In this document: piece after piece, positions 49,124-58,288 of the stretch | Position numbering within the stretch: the stretch's first letter is position 1 | How the letters are laid out: each line of letters opens with the position of its first letter | Assembly (NCBI GenBank): GCA_038245295.1 | Contig: JBBRSP010000003.1 | Location: 64,001 to 128,000, forward strand | Direction of reading: 5' to 3' | Source of the DNA: Candidatus Binatia bacterium | GTDB lineage: Bacteria; Desulfobacterota; Binatia; HRBIN30 | Length of the DNA: 64,000 bases | Position numbers and translations under genes: made by a program | The notes under the pieces: model-generated | Databases searched by the model: none | Told to the model about the DNA's origin: nothing | Seen by the model: only the letters and a program-made list of their open reading frames with translations

Positions 49124-50284
49124 ATGGCTTGGGACGTTCGTGAGTTGCTCGGCGAGATGGTTGCGCAGGGGGCCTCTGACCTTTACCTGACAGTCGACAG
49201 CCCACCGATTCTGCGCGTCGAGGGGTTCAATCAGCCGGTCGGCGACGCCAAGCTCGATTCCAAGTCGGTGGAGTTACTCGCTGGCGCGCTGATGACCGAC
49301 CGACAGCGGGCGCTGTTCGACGAACGCCTCGAGATCAACCTGGCGATTGCTTCGGATCGCCTCGGTCGCTTTCGCATCAACGCCTACCGCCAGAGGGGCG
49401 CCGTCGGCGTCGTCGTGCGGCAAATTAAAATGAAGATCCCGACACTCGATGAGTTGGGATTGCCGCCGATCCTCAAGACGATCGCCTCGAGTCGACGCGG
49501 GCTGGTTTTGGTGACAGGCGCGACGGGCTCGGGCAAGTCGACGACGCAGGCGTCGATGATCGATTACCGCAACGAGACGTCGACGGGCCACATCCTGACC
49601 GTCGAAGATCCGATCGAATTCGTGCACCCGCATCGCAAGTGTATCGTCAGCCAGCGCGAGGTTGGCTTTGACACCGTGTCGTTCAACGAAGCTCTGCGCA
49701 ACGCACTGCGGCAGGCTCCCGACGTAATTCTCGTCGGCGAGGTACGCGACCTGGAAACGATGGAGGCCGCGCTAACCTTCTCGGAAACAGGTCACCTCTG
49801 TCTCGCCACACTGCACTCGAACAATGCCAACCAGGCGATCGAGCGCGTCATGAACTTCTTCCCCGTTGCTCGCCATGCCGAGATCTTTCTGCAGTTGTCG
49901 CTCAACCTGAAGGCGATCATTTCGCAACGATTGATCCCCGGGATCGACGGCAAACGCGCCGCGGCGCTGGAGATCCTGGTCGACACGCCGTACGCCAAGG
50001 AGCTGATCAAACGCGGCGAGATCGACACGCTCAAAGAAGCGATGGAGACCAGCACCCAGGAAGGGGCGCAAACGTTCGATCAGTCGGCGTTCGAGCTGTA
50101 TGCCGCCGGCCTGATCAGCGAAGAGCAGGCGCTGGCAAACGCCGACAGCGCCAACAACCTGCGCATCAAGATCAAACAGCTCGAGATCAGCCGCAAGAAC
50201 CCGGGGCAACGCCGACAGGCTCTGCTGCACGAAGGCGACGGAATCCGCCTGGACGAAGGCCGCGGCGGCTTCAACCGCCGCTAG
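49124..50284 (+). CDS. pilU: Type IV pilus ATPase PilU
   Basis: ASDLYLT, GATGSGKSTT, LRQAPD, TLHSNNANQA, ADSANNLR. Confidence 0.93.
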   Translation: MAWDVRELLGEMVAQGASDLYLTVDSPPILRVEGFNQPVGDAKLDSKSVELLAGALMTDRQRALFDERLEINLAIASDRLGRFRINAYRQRGAVGVVVRQIKMKIPTLDELGLPPILKTIASSRRGLVLVTGATGSGKSTTQASMIDYRNETSTGHILTVEDPIEFVHPHRKCIVSQREVGFDTVSFNEALRNALRQAPDVILVGEVRDLETMEAALTFSETGHLCLATLHSNNANQAIERVMNFFPVARHAEIFLQLSLNLKAIISQRLIPGIDGKRAAALEILVDTPYAKELIKRGEIDTLKEAMETSTQEGAQTFDQSAFELYAAGLISEEQALANADSANNLRIKIKQLEISRKNPGQRRQALLHEGDGIRLDEGRGGFNRR

Positions 50285-50339
50285 GTCAGACGGCGGACAT
50301 CGGAACACGCCCAACGCGGCTCAGGCTTTTAGCCTGCAA

Positions 50340-50412
50340 ATTCAGCGCGGTACGCGCAGGCTTTCGCCTGGGGTAGCCGAACGCTGCCTGCCCGTTGAAT
50401 GAAATGCAGAGC
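50340..50412 (+). repeat. Degenerate copy of the GTAG-REP-containing segment found at 56173-56247
   Basis: attcagcgcggtacgcgcaggctttcgcctggggt...gaatgaaatgcagagc aligns by eye with attcagcgtggtaggcgcaggcttcagcctgcggt...gaatttacgtgcaaagc. Confidence 0.65.
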
Positions 50413-50760
50413 TTTGGACTGGGGTGGCAATCGCAGAGCGAGAGCTTTCCCACCGAACTGTCCCGCGTGATGGGCCCAAGCCTGCGGCGGGGCGACGGAT
50501 TTGCAATCGCAATGCGCCTTCCGGGTATCCCCAAAGCGCAATTTCTTTCGCATTTCACTTTTCGGGATCCCGGAGATCAGAATGTTTTGCGCACAGCAGT
50601 TGTCAGCGACCTTGGATGTGGTGTGCCGCTCGCGGCGCGCTCGCGCTCTGAGATCGTGGGCTTGTCACGATCATCGTACGGGCCTTTGTTCACCCTGAGC
50701 TGGCTCTGCAGGCAATTCGTGTGAGCCGGTAGTTGGGAAACGGCCGCCATCCCGGCGGAG

Positions 50761-50964
50761 GAGACTGTCGATAAACTGAAATGAAGCAACGTCATCCCGG
50801 CGAAAGAGCCTGTCGTAAAACCAAACTGGAGCAACGTCATCCCGGTGAAAACCGGGATCTCTCCCTGCTGGAAGCCTCGAAAGCTGGCAAGATACCGGCT
50901 TTCGCCGGTATGACGGAGGTGTTTGCGGAGTTTCAAACGATGAATCAGAGAAAATCGACAGTCT
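50761..50964. mobile_element. MITE-like element with CGTC-type REP palindromes
   Basis: Terminal inverted repeat AGACTGTCGAT (50762-72)/ATCGACAGTCT (50954-64); two tandem 45-bp left-end units; internal CGTCATCCCGGTGAAAACCGGGATCT...ATACCGGCTTTCGCCGGTATGACG. Confidence 0.7.
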
Positions 50965-51069
50965 TCTGCGCCGCGCCGACGCCCGAAGCGCGACACGGCA
51001 GGAAGCTCACGACGCTGACTTCACCCGCAACCCAACCCGAAGTCTCAGGCCAGCCCTCGCCCTTGGTTT

Positions 51070-51879
51070 CCTACCCTGAACCGCGATAGTCTCGCCGACG
51101 ATGCAGCCAGATGTGGGGACATCGCGCTCGTTGCTTACGGGACCGGCAGTCAGATCACGAGTTCCGTGGACGAGCGCGATCTGGCGCTTACCCTTACCTA
51201 TGGCGGCATCTTCGAGCTGCCGGTAGGAGACAAGCTCTTTGCGGCCGAGGACATCCCGAATGGAATGGGCAAGACCCTCACCCCTGGGCGGCAGGCCGCT
51301 CGGCGCGGCAGGCGATCCCGAGAGCTGCCTGCTGTATGTGGCCGACGGCACGGCCGAGCTCAGCATCATCGACCTCTACTCGCTGGGCGGCACGCGCGAC
51401 CGCATCAACGCCGCCTATGCCCCAACCCCCGACAAGATCGACGATCGAGTCCTCAGAGGCGCATCCAATCGTGGTCCTCGCGGCATGCGGGGAGGATACG
51501 GATTGAGGAGTGCAACCGACATCGATGCACCACATCGCTGCCGCGCGTGGGGTCGCTTGCAGCCGACGACCGAGAATTGCGCGAATCGCCCATACGTCCA
51601 GGACTCGGCTTGATCTGTGGAAGGTCGTTTGTCGAGCTAGTGTGCGGTGGCACCGACCAAGATCATCTCTTAGTTTGTGACGCTGACATTACCCGGTTCC
51701 AGCCAAATGGCCGGTGGGCGTGGATCGTTAATCAGGGTGGCATTTGGGACGACTATGTCGCCAGCAGCGACAAGACCGCTGAAGTGCGGCGCGAACTCCG
51801 TGAACGTTCCGATGCAAGCTTTACGATTGCGAGACCGGTGTGTGCAGCGGTTCTGCCGATCGAGTGTACAATATGGTAG
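51070..51879 (+). pseudogene. Frameshifted mosaic remnant of a large secreted/repeat protein
   Basis: Protein-like stretches in alternating frames (DERDLALTLTYGGIFELP; LLYVADGTAELSIIDLY...DKIDDRVL; RWAWIVNQGGIWDDY); no clear start. Confidence 0.4.
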
Positions 51880-52787
51880 CGAACCGGCGATTGGTCACGG
51901 TGTGTGTCGCAGTGATGTGCCTTCCCGGGGGTGCCTCCGCGGAGATCTGGCGCAGCCCGACCCCAGCGTGCTCGCCGTGTACCATCGACTTAACCAACGA
52001 CCACAATCTGAGTGCTATTTTTGACGCGGGCCTACGGCCCTGGCGGGTTCCCCGCGCTGAGACCCACCAATGCTCTATCGAGTGGCGCGAGCAGCTACGC
52101 GTCGTGTTGCCAAATGGTCGCTCATTCGAACTCACGATTCGGCGCGCCGATATGAGCGTAGTCGCGAATAATGAGTTGTCCTTTATTACCCTCTTTGGCG
52201 AGGACGAAGGGATAACCTCGGCAATTGAGCGGGTGAGGGGCATCTGTCATGCGGCCGGCATCCCAAGCGAATCGTTCGAGCGAGTCGTGGCCGGGCTTGC
52301 TGGTAGCTCGACAGGAGAGAAGCGTTGGTTCAAGGCCGCGGAGGTGGATGATGTGCGAGTGTCGATCACATTTGATCCATTGGATCTCGGCAATCGGATC
52401 GTTGCAGGGGTCTTGGTTCAGCTAAACTACCAACCCTCGATCGCCAGGCGCTGGAAGAAGCAAGGGAGCATCGGGCCGGAGTATGTGCCGCTCACTGAAC
52501 CGATTCAGCCGCCGCGCGGGTACGAACACGTGTCGATGGATCCGCCGACACCGCAGCTTTGGCCTACGAATACGCCCACCCAACTACCGCCAGGAAATAT
52601 CAACGCCGGAGTTCGGTTGGCCGTTACTCCAACAATCACTGCATCTCCGACCGCATCTCCTCGACCGTCGATACCACTGAAAACACCTTCGGTCACACCC
52701 GCCGCGGCGAAACCTCACGGCGTCCTTGACGGCGGATGGGCGAAGACTGGTGGATTCTCGGCGATAGCTGCTCTGATTACATGTTAG
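51873..52787 (+). CDS. Hypothetical exported protein with Pro/Thr-rich C-terminal linker (C-terminal anchor probably frameshifted)
   Basis: Signal peptide MVANRRLVTVCVAVMCLPGGASA; atypical codon usage; start overlaps the upstream stop. Confidence 0.6.
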   Translation: MVANRRLVTVCVAVMCLPGGASAEIWRSPTPACSPCTIDLTNDHNLSAIFDAGLRPWRVPRAETHQCSIEWREQLRVVLPNGRSFELTIRRADMSVVANNELSFITLFGEDEGITSAIERVRGICHAAGIPSESFERVVAGLAGSSTGEKRWFKAAEVDDVRVSITFDPLDLGNRIVAGVLVQLNYQPSIARRWKKQGSIGPEYVPLTEPIQPPRGYEHVSMDPPTPQLWPTNTPTQLPPGNINAGVRLAVTPTITASPTASPRPSIPLKTPSVTPAAAKPHGVLDGGWAKTGGFSAIAALITC

Positions 52788-53099
52788 CACTGTATTTCCG
52801 TCGGAGGCGCGATGAGTAGGGTCTATGCGAGCAGCCGCAATACTAGATGCAGCTGCAGGATCTCCGAGTTGGCTGAACGGGCGGGGGCAGCTCGGCCATG
52901 GTCCGAAGGCTGGGCTCAAAACGTTCGCTTCACACGCCGTGGACGGATCGACGGCGACTGCCACGATATTGTTGCGAGGGACAGGCCCGCGATCGACGTG
53001 GCGAGGACCAAATCGAGGTATCTTGGAGTTGGGGCTACGCTAAGGGACGAGCGAACATGGGAACGGGCCCAATCACCCGGCTGGAGTAGAAGGCGCTAG

Positions 53100-53936
53100 A
53101 TGAGCATGCGGCCAACATTCACGTCCTCGTGGGCGGCGTTGCTTCTGGTGGCCGCGTCTTTGTTCTTTGCCTTCCCTGTGCGAGCCCAGCTTGCCGCGAC
53201 GGACCTACGCATCGCCGGTCGGCGTCCGGTTGTCGAAGATACCGAGACGACAACCCCGAAGAACCAGGCAACTGGCATCGTCGTGCGCCTGGTGGATGCA
53301 TCGCGGCCGGACGATGCCCTACCATCTGGATTTCAGACCGTCGACGGTGGTCGGACGACGGTAGTGAGAGCAACCCTCAGCGGCCCTGGGCTGACTGAGC
53401 CGCTGTCGCTTTCTGTGGAAGTCCCACCGGATCACGTACCAACGCCTCCGGATGGCGATCAGAATGCCGTCCTCCTACCCGTCCCGGCGCTGCCCGTGGC
53501 GGGTCACTACCTACTTGAAGACATTCGACTCACCGATTCGATGGGCAACCTGATCCTGCAGGCGGAGCCGTCGGTGACCACGATCAACGTCGTCGACCGG
53601 GTGCTGATTACCGGCGTCAGCACGCGCCCGTTGTCGCTGGAGGAGATCCAATCGCGCGGCATCCTGCTCGATGCCAATAGCTTCACGGCCTTCGAGTTCA
53701 CCGTCGGCTTCGGTACGTTGTCGAACAGTCTGCCGATCAAGCTCGACATGGCGTTCAAGATGGACACTGCCCCGGTCGGTGGTCTCGTTTACGTAACCGC
53801 CGTCGACACTGACACACAACACACGGCGGCGCGCGAGGCGCCGACGCTGCAGGAGCGCGAGGATCTGCGCGTTTCGATCCGTTGGGGTGGGCGAGGCGTT
53901 ACAGGCGCACGATCCGGCTGTAGTCGCGTTGCTTGA
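53100..53936 (+). pseudogene. Probably truncated N-terminus of a large secreted Ig-like/beta-rich protein
   Basis: Signal peptide ending VRA, beta-rich region (VLITGVSTRPLSLEEIQSRGILLD), then an abrupt unrelated tail. Confidence 0.5.
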
Positions 53937-53940
53937 AGAA

Positions 53941-54017
53941 CCCGCCTCCGCCCGCACCTTTGCCTCCGCCTGCGTTTTCACACAGGCGAGGGCGAGGGCG
54001 CGGGCGAAGCCGAGGGG
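53941..54017. repeat. Hexamer-based imperfect inverted repeat between convergent genes
   Basis: (CCCGCC/TCCGCC)n facing (GGCGAG/GGCGCG)n. Confidence 0.5.
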
Positions 54018-55118
54018 TTAATGAAGCTCGCCTAGCACCCAGGCGGCGGTATCGTGCGGCAGGTCGGGGATCTGGGCGACGAACTCTTCGACGTCCTTGC
54101 CGACGATGCGGGCGCTGAAGTTCTCCATCAGGAATGAGTGGTAGTGTTTGGCGACGCGCTCACTCAACAACCCACAACGCTTGAGAGTTGGGATGACGAA
54201 GCCTTGAACGGGACCGAGGCGCTTGCCGGCCGGTACCTGTTTCGACAACTCCTCGCGCTCGTTCTGCAGCGAGGTCAGCATGGCGGCCGGATCGACGCCG
54301 ACCTCGGCCCAGATGGCGAGGATGGTGCTGAAGAAGGTCTGCTGGTTGCGCTGATCGATCAAGGTGCGCGCCGCCTCGAGGGCGAAATCTTCCAGGTCGC
54401 TGCGTTGACTGTCGGTGAGCTGCGGCACGCAGCGCGAGAGATACGTGACGCCGTAAGCGTGATGACGCGCTTCGTCGCGCGCCACATACGTCAGGAGCTC
54501 CTTGAGCAGCGGCTCCTGGGTCAGGTTGCGCATCTCTCGAAAGCTGTAGAGGGCCAGGCCTTCGACGACGATCTGCATGCCGACGAGCTTTTTCATCCAG
54601 TCGTCGGTCTGTAGCGTCGCATCGAGGATGTGCTTGAGAGCCGGCGCAATCGGCCGTACCTCGTCGAGCTTCTTGATGTACTTGGCGAAGACTTCGACGT
54701 GGCGCGCCTCGTCCATCGTCTGCGTCGCGGCGTAAAACTTCGCGTCGGTATGCGGCGTGGCGTTGACCAACTGTGCGGCGACCATCAGCGCGCCCTGCTC
54801 ACCGTGCAGGAAGTTGCTGAGGCGAAAGCTGGCGACGCGGCGGTTGAGCTCCAGTTGTGTGTCGGCGGAGAGGGACTTCCAGTACGACGTCTGGTCGATG
54901 GCGATGGCGGCGCCGAGCGGCGTCGTCGCAAACTTCTCCATGTCGATCGGCCGGTCCCAGTCGATTTCGCGTTCAGCAATCCACTGCGCCTCGGTTGCCT
55001 TCTGATACAGGCTGCGCAGTTCGTCGACCTGCGGATTGTAGTTCCACTGGTAGATGACCTTCATGGCCGTATCGATCGGGGCTTCTTCGGTTGTGCTGGT
55101 GATGCTGAACTCGTTCAT
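54018..55118 (-). CDS. Ferritin-like diiron protein (AurF/N-oxygenase-like)
   Basis: HGEQGAL, DEARH, VVEGLAL, second DEARH: two ExxH diiron motifs. Confidence 0.88.
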   Translation of the reverse strand: MNEFSITSTTEEAPIDTAMKVIYQWNYNPQVDELRSLYQKATEAQWIAEREIDWDRPIDMEKFATTPLGAAIAIDQTSYWKSLSADTQLELNRRVASFRLSNFLHGEQGALMVAAQLVNATPHTDAKFYAATQTMDEARHVEVFAKYIKKLDEVRPIAPALKHILDATLQTDDWMKKLVGMQIVVEGLALYSFREMRNLTQEPLLKELLTYVARDEARHHAYGVTYLSRCVPQLTDSQRSDLEDFALEAARTLIDQRNQQTFFSTILAIWAEVGVDPAAMLTSLQNEREELSKQVPAGKRLGPVQGFVIPTLKRCGLLSERVAKHYHSFLMENFSARIVGKDVEEFVAQIPDLPHDTAAWVLGELH

Positions 55119-55139
55119 AGGTGTCTCCTTCAATTTGAA

Positions 55140-55883
55140 TTAACGGCTTCGGCCGCCGGCACGGACGGGCTGTGACGGTGGCTGTCCAATGATTTGCAAT
55201 GCTTGTCGCAGGGCGTCGATCGCGTCCTTTGGTTTGCCCGCCTCGATGGCGGCAAGACACGCGTCGATCACCGGTACGACGCGACCCGGATCGCGCTGCA
55301 GGTGTCGGCGTGTCTCACGTAACGGTTCGGAAGCCAGGAAGCCGCGCACACGTCGCGCCAGCATTTGCCAGACACGGTTGCCGGTGATGTCGGACAGCAG
55401 CACGATGACATCGCGCCCGGCGGCAAAGCGCGCCTCCACCTCCAGGGTGGTATCGGCCATGACGTCGCGCAACCGTCGCAGCTCGCCGACCTGCTCACTG
55501 CGGAAGCGCTCGATGGCGAGGCGGGCCATCTCGTACATGAGGAGCGACACGACCTCGTTCATCTCTTCGAGCAGGGCAAGGTCGACCTTACCGCCGTGCA
55601 GGATCATCGGCGCCAGGACATCCAGGGAGGCATCGGTGAGAGGCTGAACGGTCGCGCCGTCGCCCTGTCGCACACTGACGAGACCGAGACCTTCGAGAAC
55701 CTTGATGGCTTCGCGCACCGACGTGCGATTGACGCGAAACTCTTCGGCCAGTTCGCGCTCCGGCGGCAGCTTGCTGCCGGCGCGGTACCGGCCGTCGATG
55801 ATCGCATCGCGCAACTGCTGCGCCACGTCTTCGTGTAAACGGCGCCGCGCCGGGGGGCGAAACGGCGTGACTTTGCGGCGCAT
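55140..55883 (-). CDS. GntR family (FadR subfamily) transcriptional regulator
   Basis: LPPERELAEEFRVNRTSVREAIKVLEGLGLVSVRQGDG; alternative start at 55892. Confidence 0.92.
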   Translation of the reverse strand: MRRKVTPFRPPARRRLHEDVAQQLRDAIIDGRYRAGSKLPPERELAEEFRVNRTSVREAIKVLEGLGLVSVRQGDGATVQPLTDASLDVLAPMILHGGKVDLALLEEMNEVVSLLMYEMARLAIERFRSEQVGELRRLRDVMADTTLEVEARFAAGRDVIVLLSDITGNRVWQMLARRVRGFLASEPLRETRRHLQRDPGRVVPVIDACLAAIEAGKPKDAIDALRQALQIIGQPPSQPVRAGGRSR

Positions 55884-55910
55884 CGACAACATGGAATTGA
55901 ACTGGTTATT

Positions 55911-55927
55911 AAATGGTCCAACCAATT
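55911..55927. promoter_or_regulatory. FadR-subfamily operator palindrome
   Basis: AAATGGTCCAACCAATT (TGGT-N3-ACCA) immediately upstream of the GntR/FadR gene. Confidence 0.75.
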
Positions 55928-56032
55928 GCAAGAAGGGTTGGTAAATTTGTCGGCCCTTGTCGTTCAGGTGACGGCCGGGACCCAGTGTAACCGGATGCGG
56001 AGCTACGTTTTCATCACTGGACCCGGGCGTTC

Positions 56033-56351
56033 GAGAATGTCGTAAAGCCAAAGTGGAGAAACGTCATCCCGGTGAAAACCGGGATCTCCCCCTGCAGGCT
56101 TTGGACGGCAATTCGCCTTGGAGGACTCCGCAGGCTGAAGCCTGCGCCTACCGGTTTCCAATTCGCAAGTGTATTCAGCGTGGTAGGCGCAGGCTTCAGC
56201 CTGCGGTGAGCTGAGCGTTGGCTGCTCGTCGAATTTACGTGCAAAGCCCCCTGCTGGAAGCCTCGAAAGCTGGGGAGATACCGGCTTTCGCCGGTTTGAC
56301 GGAGGTGTTTGCGCCGTTTCAAACGATGAATCAGAGAAAATCGACAGTCTC
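56033..56351. mobile_element. Second copy of the CGTC-REP MITE-like element, interrupted by a GTAG-REP pair insertion
   Basis: Closely matches 50806-50964 apart from an insert at 56096-56246 flanked by CCCCCTGC direct repeats (56088-95, 56247-54). Confidence 0.75.
56129..56205. repeat. Inverted pair of GTAG-type REP-like palindromes
   Basis: Perfect copies at 56129-56152 (minus) and 56182-56205 (plus). Confidence 0.85.
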
Positions 56352-56456
56352 TTTCGCTGGAATGACGGAGACGCTGAAATCAACAGTTCAGAGAAAGTCG
56401 AGTCATGCGCCCGGTGACGGCTGTTGGGTTGAGCCTAAGTACTCCGGCTCACGCGC

Positions 56457-56532
56457 CGCAGGCTGAAGCCTGCGCCTACCAGACTGAGTGCGCACCGTAA
56501 AGCGGATCGGTAGGCGCAGGCTTTAGACTGCG
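56457..56532. repeat. Inverted pair of GTAG-type REP-like palindromes
   Basis: Perfect copy at 56457-56480 (minus); two-mismatch copy at 56509-56532 (plus). Confidence 0.85.
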
Positions 56533-56575
56533 GAGGGCGGTTGCGGATACGTCACCGCATTTGTGCCGAACAGCA

Positions 56576-56881
56576 CTAGGGTGCCGCTGCTGGTGCCGGC
56601 TGCGCCGTGTCGCCGGGTTGAGTCTGAGCCAGGTCGTTGAAGCGTTTTTCGAGAGTCTGGAAACTTTGCGCCATCTGCTCGGCGATCTTCTGGAAGTCTT
56701 CGAGCTGTTTGTCGGCGCGGGCGCGGGATTCTTCGGCGGCCGCGATCTTACGATTGAGCTCTTCGATGCGTGCCGGCGAGATGTTCGCCGCCGGTGGACC
56801 ACTCAAGACGAGCGCGGCAACAGCGCCGACGATGATGCCAAGACCGAGACCAACGACGAGGCCCTTGGTGAAAGGAGTCAT
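56576..56881 (-). CDS. Small membrane-anchored coiled-coil hypothetical protein
   Basis: N-terminal TM GLVVGLGLGIIVGAVAALVL, coiled coil, GGAAGG RBS. Confidence 0.7.
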   Translation of the reverse strand: MTPFTKGLVVGLGLGIIVGAVAALVLSGPPAANISPARIEELNRKIAAAEESRARADKQLEDFQKIAEQMAQSFQTLEKRFNDLAQTQPGDTAQPAPAAAP

Positions 56882-56953
56882 TGGCGAACCTTCCTAACAC
56901 CGCCGTCCTCGGTGACAACCACCCGGGCGGCTCGCGAGGCGGCGGCAGTTCGA

Positions 56954-58120
56954 TCAAGCCTCCGTGGCGACGACGACGGCGTGGACACGATCACCGGGCA
57001 CGAGGCGCCAGAAGACCAGGGCGGCGAGGGTCGGGGTGAATCCGGCAACGCCGAACATGACGCGGTGACCGAAATGATCGGCGACCTGGCCGAAGACAAA
57101 GGCGCTGCTCATGACACCGAGATTGAAGGCTCCGTTGAAGAGCGCCTGGGCCCGCCCGAATTGTGGTTTGGTGCTGATGTCGACCATGTAGGCGTGCAGT
57201 GTTGGGTAACTGATGCCCTGGGCAATCCCGAACGCCGCGCCGGCGGCGGCGAGGGCGGCGACGTTGGTGGCATCGGCAAGTCCGAAGATCGACAAGCTGA
57301 GAACAAGCAACGCTGGGATGACAACGCGGCGGCGGCCGACGCGGTCGGACAGGCTGGCGCCGATCAGCCGCGTGCCGATCGCCGTGGAGGTGTAGGCACC
57401 GAAGAAGTAGCTGGCGCGGCCGAGATCCATGACGCGCACAAAGGTCGGGATGAAGGTCATGACGCAGCCGAATCCCATTCCCTGCAGCGCCATGGTAGCG
57501 GCGACGATCCAGTGAAGTTGGCTGAGACTTGTGGCGACACCCGCCGTGGGAATGTCGGCCGGTTCATGGACCGGGATTGTGCGCGCCAGGACAACGGCCA
57601 CGAGGGAGAACGAGGCTGCCGTCAAAAACAGCGCGTGAAAGCCAAAGCTGGCGATGATCTGTTCGCCGATCATCGGCGACAGAGCATGGGTGAGCAGCGT
57701 CGATACGCCAAACAGACCAAGCGCCTGGCCGCGCTGTTCGAGTGGGGCGAAGTCGGCCGCCATCGTTGTCGAGGCGGTGAATGCCGCGGCGAAGCTGATG
57801 CCCTGCAACGCCCGCAGCACGAACAGCATCGGCCCCAGCTCGTGGATGAAAATGAAGGAAGCCGAGGCGAGCGACATGCCGAGGCTGCCGAGCGCCAGAA
57901 AGCGACGTCGCCCAAGGCGGTCGATCAAGCGCCCGAGGAACGGCAGCGACAACATCGACGCCAGCCCCGTGATACCCATCGCAATGCCGATCGTCCCCTC
58001 CGAGCCGCCGAGGGAACGCACGTACAGCGGTAAGAGAAAGAATGCCGCGAAGTTGAGGAAGAAGAAAAAGTTCGCCGCCATGACGCGGCCGAACGGGCCC
58101 TTCATCAGATCAATACGCAT
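56954..58120 (-). CDS. MFS transporter
   Basis: Motif A GRLIDRLGRRR and SDRVGRRR; about 12 TMs. Confidence 0.92.
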   Translation of the reverse strand: MRIDLMKGPFGRVMAANFFFFLNFAAFFLLPLYVRSLGGSEGTIGIAMGITGLASMLSLPFLGRLIDRLGRRRFLALGSLGMSLASASFIFIHELGPMLFVLRALQGISFAAAFTASTTMAADFAPLEQRGQALGLFGVSTLLTHALSPMIGEQIIASFGFHALFLTAASFSLVAVVLARTIPVHEPADIPTAGVATSLSQLHWIVAATMALQGMGFGCVMTFIPTFVRVMDLGRASYFFGAYTSTAIGTRLIGASLSDRVGRRRVVIPALLVLSLSIFGLADATNVAALAAAGAAFGIAQGISYPTLHAYMVDISTKPQFGRAQALFNGAFNLGVMSSAFVFGQVADHFGHRVMFGVAGFTPTLAALVFWRLVPGDRVHAVVVATEA

Positions 58121-58288
58121 GAGCTCACTTTGCCATTTGGCCGCGGCATCGTTTGATCATTTGCGGATGGACGACTCATCGCCCCCGTGTGCTCACCTGC
58201 TGACGGTCACCAGCATTGCGGCTATCGCTACGGCGCCGACAAACCCTGAAGTGACCAACCGACCAAACGACAAAATGGCCGATGTTCA

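Noticed and set aside
50761..50850. 45-bp tandem units as a CRISPR array
   Set aside because: The units are similar along their whole length with no unique spacers, and match the end of the element at 56033
50286..51089. Several 60-140 aa ORFs downstream of pilU
   Set aside because: They translate repeat DNA (similar peptides recur at 56003-56466) and lack RBS or motifs
56561..58033. 490-aa plus-strand ORF and other long antisense ORFs (e.g. 15105-16724, 44569-46065)
   Set aside because: High-GC antisense shadows of well-supported genes
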